DNA of 64,000 bases from Candidatus Omnitrophota bacterium (GTDB taxonomy: Bacteria; Omnitrophota; Gorgyraeia; Gygaellales; Profunditerraquicolaceae). The stretch lies in assembly GCA_041649115.1 (NCBI GenBank), contig JBAZNT010000001.1:76325-140324 (forward strand). The letters run 5' to 3'. Under the pieces are notes generated by a model. The model searched no databases. It was not told where the DNA came from and saw only the letters and a program-made list of their open reading frames with translations. This document shows positions 30,102 to 39,447 of this stretch, piece after piece (position 1 is the first letter of the stretch; each line of letters starts with the position of its first letter). The position numbers and the translations under genes were made by a program.

Positions 30102-30163
30102 CCAGAAACGCTTTCCAACTCAAACCAGAAACGCTTTCCAACTCAAGGGGGAAGGTGTTTCTG
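30101..30163 (+). repeat. Hairpin-repeat family copy in which the 5' arm and loop are tandemly duplicated
   Basis: ACCAGAAACGCTTTCCAACTCAA occurs twice in perfect tandem (30101-30123 and 30124-30146). The 5' arm 30126-30139 pairs with GGAAGGTGTTTCTG at 30150-30163 over 14 positions, two of them G-U. Confidence 0.8.
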
Positions 30164-30179
30164 CATTTCTTGCCGGCTT

Positions 30180-30722
30180 ATGAGATTATTATTGCATACC
30201 TGCTGTGCGCCGTGCCTGATATATCCGTTGGAGAAGCTGGGGGGAGGGGGTTTTGAGGTCACCGGCTTTTTCTATAACCCCAATATCCATCCCTTTACGG
30301 AATACAGGAGCCGTAAACAGGCGCTGGAGGCATACGCCGGGGGTATCGGCGTCGAGGTCCTCTATCCGGAGTATCGGCCCGAGGAATTCTTCCGGGCGGT
30401 TAATTTAAAAGAGGCTGATCCCGGAAGATGCGGGTTGTGCTGGAGGCTACGGCTTAAAAAAACCGCGCAGGCAGCAAAGGAGATGGGGTTTGGAAGTTTC
30501 TCTACTACCCTTCTGGTCAGCCCCTATCAAAGTCAGGATGCGCTCAAGAAGATAGGGGATGAGGTTTCGGCTGAGGAGGGGATAGGTTTCTATTACGAGG
30601 ATTTTCGCGTCGGGTTTCGCAAGGCGCACGATGAGGCGCATAAAAAAGGTATCTACTGCCAGAAATACTGCGGTTGTATCTATTCGGAGATGGAGCGATG
30701 CAGGAAATCGGCAAAACCTTAA
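30180..30722 (+). CDS. queH: Epoxyqueuosine reductase QueH (DUF208 family)
   Basis: The N-terminus LLLHTCCAPC and C-terminal YCGCIYSE are QueH/DUF208 hallmarks. Confidence 0.85.
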   Translation: MRLLLHTCCAPCLIYPLEKLGGGGFEVTGFFYNPNIHPFTEYRSRKQALEAYAGGIGVEVLYPEYRPEEFFRAVNLKEADPGRCGLCWRLRLKKTAQAAKEMGFGSFSTTLLVSPYQSQDALKKIGDEVSAEEGIGFYYEDFRVGFRKAHDEAHKKGIYCQKYCGCIYSEMERCRKSAKP

Positions 30723-30913
30723 TTATCTTCGGGCTTATCATTTTGGGCCTGGGCCTGCTTTTGACCTTTATAAATAAAGTGCCTTTTCTGGGGAAGCTTC
30801 CGGGGGATATATACATCCACAAGAAAAACTTTACCTTTTATTTTCCGGTTGTCACCTCGATATTAATAAGCATCATACTTTCACTGGTATTCTGGTTATG
30901 GTCAAGGCGCTAA
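30698..30913 (+). CDS. Small membrane protein, DUF2905-like
   Basis: About 71 aa with two hydrophobic helices flanking GKLPGDIYI. The ATG at 30698 is preceded by GGAGATGGAG. Confidence 0.65.
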   Translation: MQEIGKTLIIFGLIILGLGLLLTFINKVPFLGKLPGDIYIHKKNFTFYFPVVTSILISIILSLVFWLWSRR

Positions 30914-32011
30914 GGTTGGCAATAGTTTTGGCGTTTATGTTCGGCGCATGGAATGCCTGCACGGCCGAGGTGCCGCCCCAGGTAAGGGTAGCGGTCCTCA
31001 AGGACGTCAGTTCCTTTAGGCTCAAGGTCAGGGGGACTTATGAGGTTATTGATCCCGCCAGCGGAAAGGTTTTGTCAAAAGGCAGAAATATACGGACCAC
31101 GGTCACAGTCTATAAGAACGGCATACTCCTGGCAGGAGGAGGATTTGCTACAGACAGAATCCTGATTAAGGGCAATGACCCGGAGGCATTTCTTATCAAC
31201 GACCGCAGTTTCCGGGGGGATATTGAGGTTCTCAGGGATTCCTCCGGTCATTTTCTGGTAGTTAACCGCATAGGCCTTGAGGATTATGTCAGGGGCATCC
31301 TTTATCATGAGGCCTCGCATTACTGGCCAGGGGATGCGCTTAAGGCCCAGGCAGTTGCCTGCCGTACCTACGCAGTTTACCAGATGCAGACGAATTCCGC
31401 CTGCGACTATGACGTTACCAGCGATATATATTCCCAGGTTTACGGAGGGAAGGTCTCGGAGCGCTACCGTACCAACAAGGCAGTCGAGGATACGGAGGGG
31501 GAAGTCCTTTTTTATAAGGGAAGGGTTTTCCCCGCCTATTACCACGCTACCTGCGCCGGGCACACCGAAGATGCCTCTGAGCTCTGGAAGATTAACATCC
31601 CTCCTTTAAAAGGCGTAGCCTGCGATTATTGCAAAGATGCACCGCATTACAATTGGCATAATGTGCTTAGCGTAAAAGAAGTAACTGATAAATTACGCGA
31701 GGCAGGATATAAGCTAAAAGATATAGAAGCCATCGCTCCCTTAGACAAGACTTCCTCCGGAAGGATCAGGAATTTAGCCATCGTCTCCGGGGGAAGGCAG
31801 CTAAGGATTCCGGCGAAGGATTTCCGTAATATCATGGGGCCTAACGTCATCAAGAGCACGATATTTGATGTCAAGGTAATAGGCGATGATGCCGTATTCG
31901 AAGGTTTAGGGTGGGGCCACGGCGTTGGGATGTGCCAGTGGGGAGCGTATTTTATGGCCAAAAAAGGTTACGACTACCGCGAGATTCTTAAGTATTACTA
32001 TCCCGCAAGCT

Positions 32012-32034
<23 letters not shown>
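30898..32034 (+). CDS. SpoIID/LytB-domain protein (peptidoglycan lytic enzyme or amidase enhancer)
   Basis: 378 aa with a signal peptide. It contains LEDYVRGILYHEASHYWPGDALKAQAVACRTYA and YHATCAGHTEDA. Confidence 0.85.
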
Positions 32035-34806
<2,772 letters not shown>

Positions 34807-34820
34807 CAAGGAGGATAGCA

Positions 34821-35174
34821 ATGAACAAAATCAGGATGATTGAGCAAGAATACAGCAAGAAGGAAGTTCCCAGTTTTGGCGTCGGGGATACGGTGAAGGT
34901 GTTAGTTAAAATTCCGGAAGGTCCTGATAAGACCCGCCTGCACCCTTTCGAAGGGGTCGTAATAGCTAAAAAAGGCAGCGGCTCCAGGGCGAACTTTACG
35001 GTCAGAAAGGTTTCTTTCGGAGAAGGCATCGAACGCGTCTTCCCGCTTTATTCTCCCGGCATCGAGCGCATTGAACTAATCCGTTCAGGGAAGGTCAAGA
35101 GGGCGAAGCTTTATTATCTGCGCAGCAAGGTCGGCAAGCGCGCTACTAAAATCGAGTCCGCAGGGCCCAGGTAG
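34821..35174 (+). CDS. rplS: 50S ribosomal protein L19
   Basis: 117 aa. [29 protein letters not shown]. It follows trmD, as in most bacteria. Confidence 0.95.
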   Translation: MNKIRMIEQEYSKKEVPSFGVGDTVKVLVKIPEGPDKTRLHPFEGVVIAKKGSGSRANFTVRKVSFGEGIERVFPLYSPGIERIELIRSGKVKRAKLYYLRSKVGKRATKIESAGPR

Positions 35175-35183
35175 CAAATAAAA

Positions 35184-35792
35184 GTGCTTTATTACGAAAA
35201 CAAGCTCCGCAGGGAGGGTTACGATTTTATCATCGGGATAGATGAGGTGGGCAGGGGCTGCCTTGCCGGTCCGGTAGTGGCAGCGGCAGTACTTCTTAAG
35301 GAAACGAGATTCCGCAGCCGCATTGATGATTCCAAGAGATTGACCCCTCTTCAGCGTGAGGCGGCATTTCCGGAGATTGTGGATAAATCCGCGTTCGGCG
35401 TAGGTATCGTAAGCGAGAAGGCGATCGACCGCCTGAATATAGCGGTGGCGACCGGCATTGCAATGGAGAAGGCCGTTTCCATGCTTCTCAAGGGGCTCGG
35501 GCCGTGCAATGAAAAACGTATCTGCCTGATGGTCGACGGCACCGTAAAATTAAAGACGCACCTGCCGTACATCAATATTATCAGGGGAGACTCGAAGTCA
35601 AAAAGTATCGCCTGCGCGTCTATCCTTGCCAAGGTTACCCGCGATAGTATCATGTCTTCTTACGATGTTGTATATCCGCAGTACGGTTTCTGGAAGCATA
35701 AGGGTTACCCTACCCGCTTGCACCGGGTGGCAGTGGAGAGGTTCGGGTTATCCCGGATACACCGGGTGAGTTTCTGCCATGCCGCGAAGTAA
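35184..35792 (+). CDS. rnhB: Ribonuclease HII
   Basis: GIDEVGRGCLAGPVVAAAV and DSKRLTP; GTG start. Confidence 0.93.
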   Translation: MLYYENKLRREGYDFIIGIDEVGRGCLAGPVVAAAVLLKETRFRSRIDDSKRLTPLQREAAFPEIVDKSAFGVGIVSEKAIDRLNIAVATGIAMEKAVSMLLKGLGPCNEKRICLMVDGTVKLKTHLPYINIIRGDSKSKSIACASILAKVTRDSIMSSYDVVYPQYGFWKHKGYPTRLHRVAVERFGLSRIHRVSFCHAAK

Positions 35793-36156
35793 TTTGTCGC
35801 TAGGCAAGAGCGCCGAAGATGAAGCCGTAGATTTTCTCAGCCGCCAGGGATGCCGTATCATCAGGAGGAATTATCGCAACAGGGCAGGCGAGATAGATAT
35901 CATTGCCCGGGATAAGGGCACGGTTTGTTTTGTGGAGGTAAAGAGCAGGCGTTCGTTAAGATACGGGCTGCCGCAGGAGGCGGTTTCCTTGCGTAAGCGC
36001 GAAAGGATAGCGCGGGTAGCCCTGGGTTTTTTAAAGGAAAATAATCTCCTGGATTCCCCGGCGAGGTTCGACGTAGTAACGGTCTTGTGCTTGGGCCGGG
36101 CAAGAGAGATAAAATTAATCCGGGGGGCATTCGAATCGGAGGGAGGGGTTGCCTGA
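35779..36156 (+). CDS. yraN: YraN-family endonuclease (UPF0102)
   Basis: 125 aa. GEIDIIARDKGTVCFVEVKSR, and the conserved rnhB-yraN neighbourhood. Confidence 0.85.
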   Translation: MPRSNLSLGKSAEDEAVDFLSRQGCRIIRRNYRNRAGEIDIIARDKGTVCFVEVKSRRSLRYGLPQEAVSLRKRERIARVALGFLKENNLLDSPARFDVVTVLCLGRAREIKLIRGAFESEGGVA

Positions 36157-36157
36157 T

Positions 36158-36724
36158 ATGGCAGATTACCGTAGCGCCACTTTAATGGAATATCTCGATG
36201 CGCTGGCAGCGAGGGCGTCCGTGCCCGGAGGGGGCTCTGCCGCGGCCCTGGATGCGGCCATGGGGGTTGCGCTTATCAGCATGGTGATTAATTTTACCAT
36301 CGGCAAGCCCCGTTACGCCAGATACGAAAAAGAATTAAAGAAGGCTCTGGAGAAGTCCGAGAAGTTGCGCGAGGAATTTCTGCAACTGGTGGACCTTGAT
36401 GCCGCGGCCTATAAGAGCAGGAGCCTGCGTGATGCGCTGGATGTGCCCTTCATGGTTTGCAGGCTTTGCCTGGAAGGGGCAAAGTTATTGCCCGGCCTTG
36501 TCAAAAATTCTAACCCTAACCTGATAAGCGACGTGGCAGTGGCGGCAGCGTTTCTGGAGTCTGCTTTCTCGGCCGCGTATTTTAACGTCCGGATAAATCT
36601 TAAATCCCTAAACGATAAAAAATTGGATTCCAGGATTAATAAGGAATTGCTTTCCAAGGAGAAGATTCTCAGGAGGATCAGATACCAGACGGAGGAGAAA
36701 GTTGGCAAGATTATTAGAGGGTAA
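36158..36724 (+). CDS. fchA: Cyclodeaminase/cyclohydrolase-family protein (FchA/FtcD C-terminal type; likely methenyl-THF cyclohydrolase)
   Basis: YLDALAARASVPGGGSAAALDAAMGVALISMV is the family signature. I prefer the ATG at 36158, which has better spacing from the GGAGGGAGGGG RBS than the TTG at 36149. Confidence 0.72.
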   Translation: MADYRSATLMEYLDALAARASVPGGGSAAALDAAMGVALISMVINFTIGKPRYARYEKELKKALEKSEKLREEFLQLVDLDAAAYKSRSLRDALDVPFMVCRLCLEGAKLLPGLVKNSNPNLISDVAVAAAFLESAFSAAYFNVRINLKSLNDKKLDSRINKELLSKEKILRRIRYQTEEKVGKIIRG

Positions 36725-37541
36725 GCCTGTCGCAGAGAGGATCAAGGCAGAGATTAAAAAGCAGGTTGGGTCGCTGGCTCGTGCGCCCGTGCTGCTTAGC
36801 GTCCAGGTAGGGGAGGATGCCGGTGCCGCGAGCTACGTAAAGTCCCAGCAGAGGGCTGCAGAGGGCCTCGGCATAGAATACCGTTTTCATAAATTGCCGC
36901 CGGAGATAACGGAAGGGGAGCTTCTGGAGTTTATCGGGCGCATGAATTCCGATAAGTCGCTGGACGGGATAATCGTGCAGATGCCGCTGCCGCCCCATAT
37001 CGATCGCAGTAAAATCAGCCAGGCCATCCTTCCCGAGAAAGACGTAGAGGGGATGCATCCCGAGAATATCGGTAGGATCCTTTTCGGTAAGGCGAGCATC
37101 CTTCCTTGCACTGCCGCGGCAGTAATGGAACTGTTGAAGGAGAGCGGGGTCGACCTTTATGGCAGAGAGGTAGTGGTGGTGGGCCACAGCGAGATTGTCG
37201 GCAAGCCCCTCTCGCTTTTGCTGCTTGATAAATTCGCCACTGTTACGGTCTGCCACATAGGCACCTCCAAGGCCGCAAAGCTACAGGAGCACGTCAGTGC
37301 TGCCGAGATATTAATCGTAGCAGTGGGCAGGGCCGGGCTTATTAAAGGAGAGTGGATTCGCGAAGGCGCCGTTGTCATAGATGTCGGCATAAATAAGGTA
37401 GGGGATAAGATTGTAGGCGACGTGGAATTTCAGGAGGCCCAGAGGCGCGCCGCGTTCATCACGCCTGTCCCCGGCGGGGTAGGGCCTTTAACCGTTACCC
37501 TCCTCATGCGCAACCTCCTTGAGGCAGTGAAGTCAAAATAG
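36702..37541 (+). CDS. folD: Bifunctional 5,10-methylene-THF dehydrogenase / 5,10-methenyl-THF cyclohydrolase
   Basis: YVKSQQRAAEGLGI, GIIVQMPLP, VVVGHSEIVGKPL and TPVPGGVGPLT; TTG start after a GGAGGAG RBS. Confidence 0.93.
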   Translation: MARLLEGKPVAERIKAEIKKQVGSLARAPVLLSVQVGEDAGAASYVKSQQRAAEGLGIEYRFHKLPPEITEGELLEFIGRMNSDKSLDGIIVQMPLPPHIDRSKISQAILPEKDVEGMHPENIGRILFGKASILPCTAAAVMELLKESGVDLYGREVVVVGHSEIVGKPLSLLLLDKFATVTVCHIGTSKAAKLQEHVSAAEILIVAVGRAGLIKGEWIREGAVVIDVGINKVGDKIVGDVEFQEAQRRAAFITPVPGGVGPLTVTLLMRNLLEAVKSK

Positions 37542-37542
37542 G

Positions 37543-37580
37543 ATAGAGACGTTTTTCTCCCCGTTCGGGAAAGTGTCTTC
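37543..37580 (+). repeat. Hairpin-repeat family copy (unit 1 of the folD-metF spacer)
   Basis: ATAGAGACGTTTTTCTCCCCGTTCGGGAAAGTGTCTTC. By position-by-position count it is 31/38 identical to 63537-63574. Confidence 0.75.
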
Positions 37581-37586
37581 AAGAGG

Positions 37587-37629
37587 CAGAAACGCTTTCC
37601 CGAACGGGTGGGAAACTGTTTCTGTTTTT
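37587..37629 (+). terminator. Repeat-derived intrinsic-terminator-like hairpin followed by T5
   Basis: CAGAAACGCTTTCCC (37587-37601) pairs with GGGAAACTGTTTCTG (37610-37624) at 14 of 15 positions, one of them G-U, with an 8-nt loop. TTTTT follows at 37625-37629. Confidence 0.6.
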
Positions 37630-37634
37630 GATCC

Positions 37635-37647
37635 GGAAAGCGTTTCT
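37635..37647 (+). repeat. Isolated 3'-arm copy that is the perfect reverse complement of 37588-37600
   Basis: GGAAAGCGTTTCT is the exact reverse complement of AGAAACGCTTTCC. It ends 7 nt before the metF ATG. Confidence 0.7.
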
Positions 37648-37654
37648 TTAAACT

Positions 37655-38527
37655 ATGGCCAGCTTTAAAGAGAAATTAGCATCGGAGAAGTTTCTGGTAA
37701 CTTCCGAGATCGGCCCTCCCAAGGGCATCGGGACAAAGACCCTCCTGGAGGACGCCGAGCTTATCCGCGGGAGGGTGGATGCCATTAATGTGACGGACCT
37801 GCAGAGCTCGGTGATGCGCCTGGGTTCCCTGGCAGTCTGCGCTCTTTTAAAACAGAGGGGATTTGAACCTTTATTCCAGCTAACCTGCCGTGACCGTAAC
37901 CGCCTTGCCTTGCAGTCCGATATACTTTCCGCTGCCGCCCTCGGCATTAAAAATCTCCTGATACTTACCGGTGACCATCCTAGCCTCGGAGACCATCCGG
38001 AGGCCAAGCCGGTGTTTGACCTGGATTCGGTGCAGCTTCTGGAGGCAGTCGGGAAGTTAGAGCAAGGCTTGGATATGAAAGGCAACAGGCTGGAGGGAGA
38101 AGCTCCGGAATTCTGCGTCGGAGCGGCGGTTAATCCCGGGGCAGACCCGTTAGAGCCCGAGATCCTAAAAATGGAAAAGAAGATTGACGCGGGGGCGGAG
38201 TTTTTCCAGACGCAGGCTGCCTACGATATAAAGATTTTTGAAAAATTCCTTGATAAAACCCGGCACCTTAATGTCCCGGTGCTGGCAGGTATCGTGCTTT
38301 TAAAGTCCGCCGCCATGGCGCGCTACATGAACGAGAATGTAGCAGGTATATGCGTACCGGAAGACCTGATCAAACAGATGTATGAGGCCAAGGACAAGAC
38401 GGCAACCTCCATAGGGATTGCCAGCCGTCTGATTAAGGAATTCAAATCCATGTGCCGGGGGGTCCACATTATGCCTATCGGATGGGAAAAAAAAGTTCCC
38501 CTCGTCCTGGACGCCTCAGGTTTATAG
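37655..38527 (+). CDS. metF: Methylenetetrahydrofolate reductase (acetogen/MetF type)
   Basis: 290 aa. FLVTSEIGPPKG, INVTDLQSSVMR, CRDRNRLALQSD and TGDHP. Confidence 0.85.
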   Translation: MASFKEKLASEKFLVTSEIGPPKGIGTKTLLEDAELIRGRVDAINVTDLQSSVMRLGSLAVCALLKQRGFEPLFQLTCRDRNRLALQSDILSAAALGIKNLLILTGDHPSLGDHPEAKPVFDLDSVQLLEAVGKLEQGLDMKGNRLEGEAPEFCVGAAVNPGADPLEPEILKMEKKIDAGAEFFQTQAAYDIKIFEKFLDKTRHLNVPVLAGIVLLKSAAMARYMNENVAGICVPEDLIKQMYEAKDKTATSIGIASRLIKEFKSMCRGVHIMPIGWEKKVPLVLDASGL

Positions 38528-38529
38528 AT

Positions 38530-39447
38530 ATGGCTGAGATTGTGATAGTCGGCAATTCTGCCGCAGGATTTTCATGTTGCCAGGCGCTACTTGCAGAGCG
38601 CGGCAACAACGGGATAACCGTTATCAGCGAAGAGGGTTTTCCTGCCTACAACCGTAACCTCCTTATCGGTTATTTTAGCGGAGGCATAAAGGAAGAAGAA
38701 CTCTTTCTCTGTCGCCAGGACTATTACCAGGCTAACGATGTAAGACTGCTTAAAGAGGGCAGGGTGGTTTTGCTCGAGGCCAGAAAACAGCGGCTCATCC
38801 TCAAGGATAATTCCAGGATAAATTATGATTATCTGGTGATTGCCTCAGGCTCAAGGCCGCGCCTCCCCGATATACCGGGGATCACCAAGGAGGGGGTTGA
38901 GGTTTTTTATTCGCTGGGAGATGTCAGGAGCATTAAGCAACGCCTGATCATCTCCGATACGGTAGCATTGTTCGGAGGGTCCATGCTTTGCGCTGAACTT
39001 TCCGTTTCGGAGTCCCTCAAGGGTAAGGAAGTCAAGATTATTGCCAGGGGCAGGCCCGGGGCGTTTAGCGCCAGCGAGACCCGGGAATGGCTGGAAGGGG
39101 TCGAGGTTGCCGAGGTTATCGGCGAAGGCTCTGAATTGCGGGCGATAAAATTAAGCAACGGTAAGGCAATCGGCGTATCTTTGCTGATCTATGCCGGGCC
39201 GCAACTTGCGGCAAGCGAATTCTTGAAAGGCAGCGATGTCAGCACCGACAATGGTTCTATCCTGGTAGATGGGCAGATGCGCACGAACCTCCGGAATGTT
39301 TTTGCATGCGGCAGCGTTTCTAAAAAAGACAATTACGCCCCGCAATCCAAAACCTGGGATGATTCCGTAAAAGAAGGCATCCTGGCAGCCGAGAGCTTAT
39401 TAAGAATCCTTAAAGGAGAAAGCAATATATGTCAACAGACGTCTTAG
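38530..39447 (+). CDS. Truncated, divergent FAD-dependent pyridine-nucleotide-disulfide-oxidoreductase-family protein (NirB/rubredoxin-reductase-like N-terminal two domains)
   Basis: The ATG at 38530 gives MAEIVIVGNSAAGFSCCQALL, followed by YNRNLL and YDYLVIASGSRPRLPDIPG. The second dinucleotide motif is degenerate (FGGSMLCAEL) and the usual GD motif reads ACGSVS. At about 305 aa it has no dimerisation domain. It overlaps acsB by 19 nt. Confidence 0.65.
   Translation: MAEIVIVGNSAAGFSCCQALLAERGNNGITVISEEGFPAYNRNLLIGYFSGGIKEEELFLCRQDYYQANDVRLLKEGRVVLLEARKQRLILKDNSRINYDYLVIASGSRPRLPDIPGITKEGVEVFYSLGDVRSIKQRLIISDTVALFGGSMLCAELSVSESLKGKEVKIIARGRPGAFSASETREWLEGVEVAEVIGEGSELRAIKLSNGKAIGVSLLIYAGPQLAASEFLKGSDVSTDNGSILVDGQMRTNLRNVFACGSVSKKDNYAPQSKTWDDSVKEGILAAESLLRILKGESNICQQTS

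Noticed and set aside
30101-30146. A perfect 23-nt tandem direct repeat, considered as a possible CRISPR fragment
   Set aside because: There are only two units, they are directly adjacent with no spacer, they are shorter than typical CRISPR repeats, and no cas genes are in the window. The sequence is the 5' arm of the hairpin-repeat family.
37542-37654. Known riboswitch classes (THF, SAM/SAH, B12) upstream of metF, and preQ1 upstream of queH (30102-30179)
   Set aside because: I could not find the conserved core sequences of these classes. Both spacers are explained by the hairpin-repeat units. A covariance-model scan (Rfam) would settle this properly.
38452-38529. An upstream extension of the flavoprotein ORF into metF
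   Set aside because: It overlaps the metF C-terminus out of frame. The ATG at 38530 places the GxGxxG-type FAD motif at the very N-terminus, as expected for this family.
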